Source: a bacterium (GTDB lineage Bacteria; Cyanobacteriota; Vampirovibrionia; Gastranaerophilales; JBAXKC01). Taken from it: a stretch of 64,000 bases of DNA. The notes under the pieces are model-generated. The model saw only the letters and a program-made list of their open reading frames with translations, was not told the origin of the DNA and did no database searches. The stretch lies in contig JBAXKC010000002.1 in assembly GCA_037137535.1 (NCBI GenBank), positions 32,001-96,000 on the forward strand. The letters run 5' to 3'. The translations under genes were made by a program, and so were the position numbers. Shown here one piece after another: positions 33,328-42,503 of the stretch; the first letter of the stretch is position 1, and the number at the start of each line of letters is the position of its first letter.

Positions 33328-34236
33328 TTATTTAGTAGATACGTCCTGTTTAAATTTTGTTTCAGCTTCAACCAATGCATCATTACCGACAAGTTGTTCT
33401 AGTGAAGCTCTAGCCTTTAAAGCATCCTGTTTAGCCTGAAATTGAAGATCGGTAGATTCTCGATAAAATACATCAGCTATTGAGTGCTGCTCAACGGATT
33501 TATTTTGAGATTTCAGGTAAAAGTCATATCTGTTTTTTACAATTTCATCAATTTTATCAAGTCTTTCTAACGCATTTTTATAATCATAATATTGCTTAAC
33601 TAAAGTACTTTGAAGATTATCCGTCTGTTGAGCAAGCAATACCAATTCTGTATCAGTAACTCTTGATAACTTATTATTGACAAAACTATCATCTGATAAC
33701 ACCGAGGATAAAAGACTACCGCCTAAAATAGTGCTGCTGCCTGCAATAACGTTACTTGCTCCCATACCTAAGATAGGAGTAACACTTGCCAGAGGAGATA
33801 ATATTTTTTTTACAATACTTTTCTTTTGCTCTTCTCCATTAGGATTAGAAAGTTTATAAATTGCAAACCTTAGCGTTTCGCTTTTAGCAACAGTTGCTTG
33901 CCACAAAACTCTTAAATTTTCCAAATCAGCAGTTTTTGTATCGTCTATTCCCCACTTAACTTCTTTCGCTAATTGTTTAATATCAAAATCTGTATAATTA
34001 ATTTCTTTACTCAAATTATTCTCAAGACTTGGCACGCCCTTTTGTAATGAACTATCTTTGATTTTCTCAGGCAAAACAGCAGGCATATCAACTTTATTGT
34101 ATTCAACCATACCGTTTAATCCGATTCTTGGAATAATAGACTTAACCTTATCTGATGGTGAAGAAAAAACCGCATTGCTATAAAGAACAGACAATAATAG
34201 AGAAGAACAAAATAATATTTTTTTAATTTTCATCAT
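33328..34236 (-). CDS. Exported hypothetical protein, paralogue of the adjacent gene; weak TolC-like helical motifs
   Basis: Signal-peptide-like N-terminus; shares LW..V..FA..KLS, DTEL..LA...D.LQ...YYDYK..LE.L and R..LE.L.G.D with 34233-35099. Confidence 0.75.
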   Translation of the reverse strand: MMKIKKILFCSSLLLSVLYSNAVFSSPSDKVKSIIPRIGLNGMVEYNKVDMPAVLPEKIKDSSLQKGVPSLENNLSKEINYTDFDIKQLAKEVKWGIDDTKTADLENLRVLWQATVAKSETLRFAIYKLSNPNGEEQKKSIVKKILSPLASVTPILGMGASNVIAGSSTILGGSLLSSVLSDDSFVNNKLSRVTDTELVLLAQQTDNLQSTLVKQYYDYKNALERLDKIDEIVKNRYDFYLKSQNKSVEQHSIADVFYRESTDLQFQAKQDALKARASLEQLVGNDALVEAETKFKQDVSTK

Positions 34237-35099
34237 TTATTTGTTCCTTCCGACTTTACATCATCTAATTTAATATTCTCAGGAACAGCCAGATTAAGTT
34301 TATCAACCGTATCAGCACCTGATAGCCTTTCAAGCTCAAGCCTGCTTAACTTAGCCTGTTGCATTAACTTCATCTCAACCAGCTCTTCTTTGTCATATAA
34401 AGCTGATGTAGCAATCATAGATATAGCATTTTGACTTTTTATAGCATCAGAATAATTTTTTGAATGAATTGCTAAATTTTGCCTGCAAACTCTAAGAGCT
34501 TCTAAAGAAGATTTATAATCATAATAATTTTTTATAACTTTTCCCTGCAAACCATCTATAAGTTCAGCAAGGTGGATAAGCTCCGTATCACTCAGAGGTA
34601 AATCAGTAGGCATATTTTTTTGAGTTAAAACCCTACTTGCCAAACTACCTCCGGCACTTGCAGCTGAAGCAGTAAAAGCATCAGCACCAAACAATCCTGG
34701 TAATATGGCGACTCCGTTTATTAGAGCTGAAAGGCTTTTTGTCATTAAAGAAGAGTGTAATCTTCTTTGTTCAGGAGGAGCTGACAATTTTCTCAATGCA
34801 AATTTAATAACAGTATTTCTTGCTACTGCCTCATCCCATAAAAATTTTATATCTTTTGAATCTTCTTCTTTTTGAATAGCTATAGTTTTATTAATTTTAT
34901 TCTGATCATTTTCAAAAAGGTTTCCATCTAGAGTTTTAGGGGAACTATGAATTCTTAATTCGCTTTTTTCAGAAGGAGTTAAGTTTATTTTAATATCAGT
35001 ATTTTTTGGAACATCAAGCTTTAATTCTTCAGTAAATCCAACATTACAGAATAAAATTGATGCACAAACAGTTAAAATAACTTTATTTTTGATTCGCAT
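34233..35099 (-). CDS. Exported hypothetical protein, paralogue of the adjacent gene
   Basis: Start moved from 35162 to ATG 35099 (MRIKNKVILTVCASILFC signal peptide); same shared motifs; 4-nt overlap with the next gene. Confidence 0.75.
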   Translation of the reverse strand: MRIKNKVILTVCASILFCNVGFTEELKLDVPKNTDIKINLTPSEKSELRIHSSPKTLDGNLFENDQNKINKTIAIQKEEDSKDIKFLWDEAVARNTVIKFALRKLSAPPEQRRLHSSLMTKSLSALINGVAILPGLFGADAFTASAASAGGSLASRVLTQKNMPTDLPLSDTELIHLAELIDGLQGKVIKNYYDYKSSLEALRVCRQNLAIHSKNYSDAIKSQNAISMIATSALYDKEELVEMKLMQQAKLSRLELERLSGADTVDKLNLAVPENIKLDDVKSEGTNK

Positions 35100-35301
35100 T
35101 GAATATACCCGATAACTCCTGCCTCTATAGTATTTATAACACATAATAAAGAATAAGTTCATAAATATATTACATTTTTTTACTTAATGCCCTAATTTTT
35201 CATGAATTATAAAATTGGGCTTTTAATAAATCAATTTATAATATTAAAATATTCTAATTGTAAATTATTTTTTACAATTTTCTTTAAAGAGTAAATTAAA
35301 G

Positions 35302-35330
35302 CTGCAAACTTTTCTTATTCTCAATATAAA
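35302..35330 (+). promoter_or_regulatory. Sigma70-like promoter CTGCAA-N17-TATAAA
   Basis: Correct 17-nt spacing directly upstream of the candidate sRNA. Confidence 0.4.
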
Positions 35331-35385
35331 TATCCCCAAACACCTCCCCAGATAAATTATGACCGCCCTATTGGCGGTTTTTTCA
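35331..35385 (+). ncRNA. Candidate small RNA (or attenuated leader) with a C-rich anti-SD segment and intrinsic terminator
   Basis: CCCCAAACACCTCCCC followed by ACCGCC-CTATT-GGCGGT plus T-run, in a divergent intergenic region where no upstream plus-strand gene needs terminating. Confidence 0.5.
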
Positions 35386-35541
35386 TAGAGCTTAAATATA
35401 TATAATTTTATTTGCTACAATAAAGATAAAAAAAAATTCAATTATTTATATTTATGAAATATTTTTGAAACAATTAAGTGATATATTTCACGATAAAGGG
35501 ATAAAACTGTTTTTTAATTATTATGCACGATTACAAAGAAA

Positions 35542-35973
35542 GTGGGAATCATGATCAATTACTTAAATGAAATGGAACACGCAGGGCTGGATAATGATAA
35601 ACCTGTATTTCCAATTAGCGTAGTTGCTGAAATACTAGGTGTACACCAAAGGACACTAAGAATTTATGATGAAGCAAACATACTTGCTCCTTCAAGATCA
35701 GCTAAAAATCGTAGATTATACTCAGTAAAAGATATTGAAAAAGGAAAATTTGTTCAATATTTAACAAGAGAATTAGGAATTAATTTAGCTGGAATAAAAA
35801 TTATTTTTTATCTACTAGAACAACAAAAAATCAATCCTGCTAATTATGTGGATCACATAAATCAAATTGCTTTAAAGCTAGATATATCAACAGAAATACA
35901 GCAAGAAAACAGAATTAAACTTTCAAGAAGAGGCAGAAAACCTTCTAAAGCTAAAGAAGAAATTGAAGCTTAA
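35542..35973 (+). CDS. MerR-family regulator, HspR-like
   Basis: PVFPISVVAEILGVHQRTLRIYD, RRLYS, ELGINLAGI. True start may be ATG 35551. Confidence 0.85.
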   Translation: MGIMINYLNEMEHAGLDNDKPVFPISVVAEILGVHQRTLRIYDEANILAPSRSAKNRRLYSVKDIEKGKFVQYLTRELGINLAGIKIIFYLLEQQKINPANYVDHINQIALKLDISTEIQQENRIKLSRRGRKPSKAKEEIEA

Positions 35974-35990
35974 ATAAAGTTTATAAGAGC

Positions 35991-36030
35991 AAAAAAAGAA
36001 ACCTCCATAATAATGGCAGGTTTCTTTTTT
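35991..36030 (+). terminator. Intrinsic terminator after the HspR-like gene
   Basis: AAAAAAAGAAACCT-CCAT-AATA-ATGG-C-AGGTTTCTTTTTT. Confidence 0.8.
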
Positions 36031-36081
36031 TGTATAAAAGTAGTAAAATACAGAATAATAGTAGATTTATGGTCGGTTTAT

Positions 36082-36759
36082 ATGAAATATTTATCAGTAT
36101 TTGACATTATCGGACCTGTTATGGTCGGCCCCTCAAGCTCTCACACAGCAGGAGCTGTAAGAATAGGACTTATTACAAGAACAATTTTTGGAGAAAGACC
36201 TGATTTTGTAAAATTTACTTTATATAATTCTTTTGCTAAAACAGGAAAAGGGCATGGAACTGACAAAGGTCTCGTTGGCGGATTGTTAGGCTTTAGAGTT
36301 GATGATGAAAGAATAAAAGATGCCTATAAATTTGCGGAAAGCAACAAGATAAAAATATTTTTTGATTATAAATATGATTCAGAAAGACACCCAAATTCAG
36401 TAGACATTGAACTGGCAAAATTTGATAGCGGACACAATATGGTTATCAAAGGTAATTCACTCGGTGCAGGTTCAATACAAATATCTTCTATTGACGGCAT
36501 AGAAGTCGATATTAGAGGTGATTATCATACTTTACTTTTGGTTTACAAAGACCAACCAGGAATGATATGGAAAGTAAGTAAATGCATTCAAGACTATGGC
36601 ATAAATATTGCTTATCTTAGTTGCGGAAGAAGTGAAAAAGGGCAAAAAGCCACCATGTCAATATTTTTGGATGGTATTTTATCAAATGAAGCAACAAAAG
36701 ACTTATACCAAATTCCTGATATGTATTTAATAAGAACCGTAGAAAAACTGGAAAAATAA
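36082..36759 (+). CDS. sdaAB: L-serine dehydratase beta subunit with ACT domain
   Basis: FDIIGPVMVGPSSSHTAG, TGKGHGTD, HPNSV, DQPGMI. Start moved from 36013 to ATG 36082. Confidence 0.95.
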   Translation: MKYLSVFDIIGPVMVGPSSSHTAGAVRIGLITRTIFGERPDFVKFTLYNSFAKTGKGHGTDKGLVGGLLGFRVDDERIKDAYKFAESNKIKIFFDYKYDSERHPNSVDIELAKFDSGHNMVIKGNSLGAGSIQISSIDGIEVDIRGDYHTLLLVYKDQPGMIWKVSKCIQDYGINIAYLSCGRSEKGQKATMSIFLDGILSNEATKDLYQIPDMYLIRTVEKLEK

Positions 36760-36761
36760 TT

Positions 36762-37655
36762 ATGAAAAATGCCGAAAATTTTAAAGAGCTTATAAATATT
36801 TTAGAAATTAATAATTTTGCGATGTCAGAATATTTTATAAAACTGGAAGCCTGTTATCTTGAAAAGTCAGTTGAAGAAATTAGAAACTTAATGCTAATTA
36901 ATTTTACTGAAATGAAAAACAGTATTAAATCTGGACTTGAGAAAACAACCTTATCCTATAGCGGAATGTCAGGTAACGACAGTTGTAAAATACAACAAAG
37001 ATACACTTCAAATAGCAAAAGCCCTATGAATAATCTATTTGGCAAACTATTAAACTACTCAATAGCCGTAATGGAAGAAAACTCTCGAATGGGTAAAATA
37101 GTAGCTTGTCCAACAGCTGGATCATGCGGTATTTTACCTGCAGTAGTTATAGCTTATGCGGAAGAACTTAATATCGCGGATGATTTGGTAATAAACTCTT
37201 TATTTACAGCTGGAGGCATTGGAAAAATCATTGCTCAACAAATGCCTTTATCAGGAGCTGTTGCTGGATGTCAAGCGGAATGCGGTGTTTCATCAGCAAT
37301 GGCGGCATCCGCCGTAACAGAATTACTTGGTGGAAATAATCATCAAATAATCAACTCAAGCACATTAGCTTTAAAAAATGTATTGGGATTAACGTGTGAC
37401 CCAGTTGCAGGTCTTGTTGAAGTACCTTGTGTAAAAAGGAATGCTTTTTATTCTATTCATGCCGTTACTGCAAGCGAGTTATCCTTATCAGGAGTAACAT
37501 CTGTAATCCCTGCTGATGAAGTTGTAAGCTCAATGAAACAAATTGGAAATCTTATGTCGCCCTTACTGAAAGAAACCTCTTGTGCAGGTCTGGCTGTAAC
37601 TCCTACAGCAGAAATAATCACAACAAAAATAGAAAAGCAGGATGCTAAAGTCTAA
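36762..37655 (+). CDS. sdaAA: L-serine dehydratase alpha subunit (Fe-S)
   Basis: ACPTAGSCG, GCQAECG, LGLTCDPVAGLVEVPCVKRN. Confidence 0.96.
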   Translation: MKNAENFKELINILEINNFAMSEYFIKLEACYLEKSVEEIRNLMLINFTEMKNSIKSGLEKTTLSYSGMSGNDSCKIQQRYTSNSKSPMNNLFGKLLNYSIAVMEENSRMGKIVACPTAGSCGILPAVVIAYAEELNIADDLVINSLFTAGGIGKIIAQQMPLSGAVAGCQAECGVSSAMAASAVTELLGGNNHQIINSSTLALKNVLGLTCDPVAGLVEVPCVKRNAFYSIHAVTASELSLSGVTSVIPADEVVSSMKQIGNLMSPLLKETSCAGLAVTPTAEIITTKIEKQDAKV

Positions 37656-37666
37656 CATCCTGCTTT
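37634..37666. terminator. Bidirectional terminator between convergent genes
   Basis: AAAGCAGGATG...CATCCTGCTTT, 11-bp stem overlapping the sdaAA stop. Confidence 0.65.
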
Positions 37667-37693
37667 AATTATTATTTGAAATAAAACTTGCTA

Positions 37694-38266
37694 CTATTTA
37701 GCAAGTTTTCCTAATTTGTAGACATCCTCTAAAAAATTGCCTATTCTTGCTTTTGAAGCTTTAGATATATTATCAAGATAAGTTCTTTTTACAGGGGAAA
37801 AACCACAAAAGCCCAATATGCCAATTTTCAAAGAAGTCCAGAAAGCATCTCTCAAAAATAAAGTTGTAAAAAAGGCGGGACTTCCTTGTGTATAGATTAC
37901 TCGAGCAGTTTTATCCTTTAATAAAGGTTTCAATTTGCCATTTTCTGTAAATTGAAAAGCAAAACCGGGTAATAGAACTCTATCAACAAACCCCTTGAAT
38001 AAAGCAGGTAAACCGGACCACCAATAAGGTAAAACCAAAACTATATGATCGCATTCTCTAATTAAATCTTGAACCTTTATTAAATCTTGCTCTAAATCCA
38101 TTGGTTTAGCATATCCATACTGTAGATTAGGATTAAAATCCAAATCTCTTATTTTTAATAAATCAACTTCATGTCCACCTGCATTTGCACCTTGCACATA
38201 CTTTTCGGCTAAAGTAGAACATAAACTTTCATTATTAGGATGACCATCTATTACTAATATTTTCAT
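37694..38266 (-). CDS. NAD(P)H-dependent quinone oxidoreductase (flavodoxin-2 family)
   Basis: IDGHP, PYWWSGLPALFKGFVDRV..PGFAF. Confidence 0.92.
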   Translation of the reverse strand: MKILVIDGHPNNESLCSTLAEKYVQGANAGGHEVDLLKIRDLDFNPNLQYGYAKPMDLEQDLIKVQDLIRECDHIVLVLPYWWSGLPALFKGFVDRVLLPGFAFQFTENGKLKPLLKDKTARVIYTQGSPAFFTTLFLRDAFWTSLKIGILGFCGFSPVKRTYLDNISKASKARIGNFLEDVYKLGKLAK

Positions 38267-38338
38267 TACATCACCTCATAAACAATAATATTTCAATATC
38301 AATATTATTACATATTTTTCAGTCAATGTTACATAAAA

Positions 38339-38896
38339 TTAAAAAACTATTCTGCAAATAATCAATGCAGCAGTAAGACCTGCAATATCAGCTATTAAAC
38401 CTGCAATTAAAGCATGTCTGAACTTTTTTATTCCAACCGAACCAAAATATACAGCAAGAACATAAAAAGTAGTTTCTGTGCTTCCGACCATAACCCCTGC
38501 AAGTTTTGAGATAAAAGCATTGCCACCATATTTATGGCAAATCTCTGACATTATACCCAAAGCACCGCTACCTGATAAAGGTCTTATTATTGCTAAAGGG
38601 AGAATATCAGCAGGCATTCCTATAACTTTTAAGAAAGGGGAAAATACATGAGCTATAAAATCAATAGCTCCAGAAGCTCTAAACATTGAAACCGCAGTGA
38701 TTATTGCAACAAGATAGGGAATAATACTTACACCTGTTTGAAATCCTTCTTTTGCCCCTTCTATGAAAGTTTCATAAACAGGCACTTTTTTAATTAATCC
38801 ATATAAACAGATGCCTACAACTATGACTGGTATTATAAAAGCTGAAAAAACACTTAATACAGTTTTAAATAAATATAAGAATTCATTCATTTTCAA
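38339..38896 (-). CDS. spmB: SpmB-like membrane protein (nucleoside-recognition/Gate domain)
   Basis: YETFIEGAKEG, RPLSGSG, GSTETTFYVLAVYFGSV. Confidence 0.92.
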   Translation of the reverse strand: MKMNEFLYLFKTVLSVFSAFIIPVIVVGICLYGLIKKVPVYETFIEGAKEGFQTGVSIIPYLVAIITAVSMFRASGAIDFIAHVFSPFLKVIGMPADILPLAIIRPLSGSGALGIMSEICHKYGGNAFISKLAGVMVGSTETTFYVLAVYFGSVGIKKFRHALIAGLIADIAGLTAALIICRIVF

Positions 38897-39542
38897 CTAA
38901 CTCCTTCAAAACAAGGTTAGAATCAGCTTTAATAGACGGATAATCTTTAAGCTTAAAAAACGGCAGCTTTTCAAGAGTCTTTACAGTAAAAATAGCTATG
39001 GTTAAAGCTATTGCAGTAGACATTAAAGTAGGAGCTATAATCTCTGAAGGATTTTTATTTCCTGTAGAAGCAAGCACCGCCATTATTGTAACTGGTATTA
39101 ACTGAAATCCTGCCGTATTTATGGCTAAAAAAGTACACATAGCATTTGTTGCAGTATCTTTTGTTTTATTTAATTCCTGTAATTCTTTCATTGCCTTAAT
39201 CCCTAAAGGTGTTGCAGCATTAGATAAACCTAAAGCATTAGCTGAAAAATTCATAGCAATTGAAGTCACTGCGGGATGATCAGAAGGAATATCAGGAAAA
39301 AGCCTTGAAGCTAAAGGCTTTAATAATTTTGAAAAAGAATTTACTAATCCTGATTGTTCAGCTATTTTCATTATCCCCATCCAAAAAGACATAATACCAA
39401 TTAAAGAAATTGATATTGTTACTGCATCTGTAGCAGCTTGCATTGAACTCTCTGAAATTTTCTGAGCAGTTGAAACATTCCCGCTGAAAACTGCAACAAT
39501 TAATGCAAATAGCATCAATCCAACCCAAATATATCCTATCAA
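38883..39542 (-). CDS. spmA: SpmA-like membrane protein (TTG start)
   Basis: LFPDIP..HPA, ANALGLSNAATPLGIKAM, FLAINT. Confidence 0.92.
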   Translation of the reverse strand: MIGYIWVGLMLFALIVAVFSGNVSTAQKISESSMQAATDAVTISISLIGIMSFWMGIMKIAEQSGLVNSFSKLLKPLASRLFPDIPSDHPAVTSIAMNFSANALGLSNAATPLGIKAMKELQELNKTKDTATNAMCTFLAINTAGFQLIPVTIMAVLASTGNKNPSEIIAPTLMSTAIALTIAIFTVKTLEKLPFFKLKDYPSIKADSNLVLKELVENE

Positions 39543-39747
39543 ATGAACTCACTCCTTTACATAATATATATATAATCTTTAAACATTATCTTTAACTTCT
39601 CCTAATTATAAAAACTTTCAGTAAATTCGTTATATTAATAAATAGATACATATTTGAATAAACACTTGAAGTTTTTTAAATTAACCTGTTTAATGTATAA
39701 GGGAATTTTTTTCTAAAGGTATAATAGAGAGAAAATATGAAAACGTT

Positions 39748-40710
39748 ATGAATAAGACAAGTTCATTAAAAGAAACAAATAATATGGATAATATAAGCTT
39801 AACTGCTTATAGAATTATCAGCATATTTAAACTTTTAAATGAAAAGCCTGTATCAGATAAAGATATTAACATACACCTGCAAAATATTATACCTGAAAGC
39901 CGTCCACTCTCTCAAGACACCATAGGTATATATATTAACACCCTAAAAGCAGTTGGTTGTAATATATCAAGACCTAAAAAATCTAATGATTATAAGTTTG
40001 AACTAATTGACCATCCTTTTAAGCCCAATATATCAAAAGAAGAAATAAGTGCGCTTTTTAATCTAAGAAAATTTATTGTATCTTTAGATGATTGGAAATT
40101 GATAGTTGAAACAGAAAAACTACTTGAAAGAGTTATAAATTCACTTACAGAAGTACAAAAAAATGAATATCTTTCGCTGAAAAAAACTTTATTCAGAGGC
40201 TATTCATTAATTGGTAAATATGAACTTATAGATACTTTGGAAAAATACTGTAACAAAAAAAGATATGTAAATTTCCACTATGAATCAGCTAGTGGAAATG
40301 AAAAACTCATAAATCTAGTTGCTGAAAAACTTTCTTATGAAAACGATGCTTTATATTTATGGGGATTTGATGTTCTAAATGATGAAATAAGATATTATAG
40401 AGTTGACAGAATAAATAAAATAACAACTATTAATATTGTAATGCCATCATATAGCGCTGAAGCGATAAAAATAAAATATAAACTTTCAGATTATTCAGCT
40501 GAAATGTTTACACCCTCATCAACTGATATTATAGTAGAAGAAGCAAACAATGTAAAAATAATTACTTCACAAATAAATAATAAATTTAAATTTTTTCAGG
40601 ATATACTATCCTATGGATCAGAATGTATTATTTTAGAACCACTAGAAATAAAAGAAGAACATATTAAAAGATTAAGCAATGTATTAAAATATTATACAGG
40701 TGAAAATTAA
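39748..40710 (+). CDS. HTH-WYL-WCX regulator (PafB/DriD-like)
   Basis: N-terminal HTH (DTIGIYINTLKAVG), WYL segment LYLWG..RYYRVDRI, WCX segment ILSYG.EC.ILEP. Confidence 0.87.
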   Translation: MNKTSSLKETNNMDNISLTAYRIISIFKLLNEKPVSDKDINIHLQNIIPESRPLSQDTIGIYINTLKAVGCNISRPKKSNDYKFELIDHPFKPNISKEEISALFNLRKFIVSLDDWKLIVETEKLLERVINSLTEVQKNEYLSLKKTLFRGYSLIGKYELIDTLEKYCNKKRYVNFHYESASGNEKLINLVAEKLSYENDALYLWGFDVLNDEIRYYRVDRINKITTINIVMPSYSAEAIKIKYKLSDYSAEMFTPSSTDIIVEEANNVKIITSQINNKFKFFQDILSYGSECIILEPLEIKEEHIKRLSNVLKYYTGEN

Positions 40711-40713
40711 GAT

Positions 40714-41673
40714 ATGTCTAAAAAATATAATGTAAGCGCTACAGCATATAAGGTTTTAGCTTTGCTTAAATTGCTTTGCTCAGAGAACATGGATATGAAT
40801 AAACTAATACATGAGCTTGAAAAAGATATAAACATAGGAAAATATATATCTAAAGAAGTTATTATTAAATATATCGGAACATTGAGATTAGCAGATATTA
40901 AAATACAAAAACCTACAAAAATAAATGATTATTCCTATACAATTGAAAAAGCGATTACATTAATCAATTTGAGTCCAAGCGATATAAAAATATTTGCTAC
41001 ATTATATTTTATTAGTAAAAAACTATCACAAAAAAAAATAATCAAAAATACTGAATCACTACTTTCGACACTACTTAAGTTCCTACCTGCAGAACATAAT
41101 GAAATTTTCAAGAAGTATTTAAAAGAGCTAAGTGAAACAAAATACAAACATGAAATATTAGAAAAAGTAATTCCTGAAGAATTAACTCAAAAAATTGAAA
41201 AATTAGAAAAATTTTGCAATGAAGATATGAGAAGTCTGGTATCTTACTTGCTACCAAACTCAAATAAACAAATTGAACTTGTTTTTGAACCTAAATATAT
41301 CAAATATGAAAAAACATCTATTTATCTGGCTGGTTATAACTTCATAACAGGAGAAAAACAACTTTTAGATATAAAAAACATTGATGATATAAAACAACTA
41401 CCTGTTAAATCGAAGTATAATAATATTCTGTCCCCCATAATTTTCAAATTAAGAGGAAAAATAGCTCATTCATACAGAATTTATGAAGGAGAGAAAATAA
41501 CTGAGAAAAATGGTTTTAATAGTGAAATAACTGTTACATCTTATATAGAAGATAAAGATTTATTATTAAAACGACTTTTAAAATATGGTGATGCCTGTGA
41601 AATAATTTATCCAGCATATATTAGAGAAGAAGTAAAAAATATTCTTTTAAAGAGTTTAGCAAATTATAACTAA
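40714..41673 (+). CDS. HTH-WYL-WCX regulator, second copy with degenerate WYL motif
   Basis: YIGTLRLAD HTH, FEPKYI..IYLAGY..LLDIKNI, LLKYGDACEIIYP; starts 3 nt after the first gene. Confidence 0.82.
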   Translation: MSKKYNVSATAYKVLALLKLLCSENMDMNKLIHELEKDINIGKYISKEVIIKYIGTLRLADIKIQKPTKINDYSYTIEKAITLINLSPSDIKIFATLYFISKKLSQKKIIKNTESLLSTLLKFLPAEHNEIFKKYLKELSETKYKHEILEKVIPEELTQKIEKLEKFCNEDMRSLVSYLLPNSNKQIELVFEPKYIKYEKTSIYLAGYNFITGEKQLLDIKNIDDIKQLPVKSKYNNILSPIIFKLRGKIAHSYRIYEGEKITEKNGFNSEITVTSYIEDKDLLLKRLLKYGDACEIIYPAYIREEVKNILLKSLANYN

Positions 41674-41676
41674 AAT

Positions 41677-41703
41677 CAAAGCCGGTAAAAATTACCGGCT
41701 TTG
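41677..41703. terminator. Bidirectional terminator between the WYL pair and the pilin gene
   Basis: CAAAGCCGGTAA-AAA-TTACCGGCTTTG, perfect 12-bp stem. Confidence 0.8.
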
Positions 41704-41730
41704 TTAATTGATCAATTTTAATTTATTAGA

Positions 41731-42159
41731 CTAATTTCCCCCAAGACCTGTTAAGGAACCAGCTGTTGTTGGAGGTGCTACTTTTTTAACGCATTCTGTA
41801 GCAGTTGCAAGCTTACAACTTCCTTGAATAGCAACTAATCCATCATCACCTAAAGAGATACCTACTTGACCTAAAGTAGGCGTTGCACCTGCGGCATAAG
41901 CACTTCCAGTACCTGTAACAGGATTAACTGTACCTAAAGCCGCTAATGCTGTACGTGTAGCGGTAATAGCAGTAGCAGTATCAGCCTCTGTCGCAAATTT
42001 ACCTGATAATGTAGAAGCAGCGGAAGCAATATTTTGCTTAACAGCAGCGTCTTTTGATTTGTCTGTTGCATTTAATAAAGCAGGAGCAGCGATTAATGCT
42101 AAAACACCGAGAATAACAACAACGATTAATAATTCTAATAAAGTAAAACCTTTTTTCAT
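41731..42159 (-). CDS. Type IV pilin-like protein
   Basis: Class III signal MKKG|FTLLELLIVVVILGVLA with Glu+5; C-terminal Cys pair. Confidence 0.92.
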   Translation of the reverse strand: MKKGFTLLELLIVVVILGVLALIAAPALLNATDKSKDAAVKQNIASAASTLSGKFATEADTATAITATRTALAALGTVNPVTGTGSAYAAGATPTLGQVGISLGDDGLVAIQGSCKLATATECVKKVAPPTTAGSLTGLGGN

Positions 42160-42503
42160 TTTTGACCCTTTCGCAGATAAATTAAATACTACACAACACT
42201 AAACACTAAAACATATTTGACTTATAAGGTTAAACTCGTACCTCCTTTTTAAAATAAATTTTTAATTAACCTATTTATTATATATTTTTTTAAACCTTAT
42301 GGGAACAAGTATATATTTCCACTAATTTTATTAAATTAAACTCAATTACTATTAAATTGTTATATTTAGAAACAGTATTTCCGATATTTCAAAATTTCGC
42401 AAAAAATCATCAAAATACGGTATAAAAAAGAGATGAAATTTTGGAAAATAAAAAACATAATTGAGGTAAAATACTAACAAAGATATTTCTGGAGTACTAA
42501 AAA

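Noticed and set aside
35331-35385. Assignment as cyanobacterial Yfr1
   Set aside because: The conserved ACTCCTCACAC motif is absent; kept only as an unnamed sRNA candidate.
38339-39542. Evidence of sporulation from spmA/spmB
   Set aside because: SpmAB homologues occur in many non-sporulating bacteria, and no other sporulation genes are in the window.
39748-42159. Defence island or prophage around the WYL pair
   Set aside because: No nuclease, Cas, BREX/CBASS, integrase or phage genes are adjacent; the neighbours are ordinary chromosomal genes.
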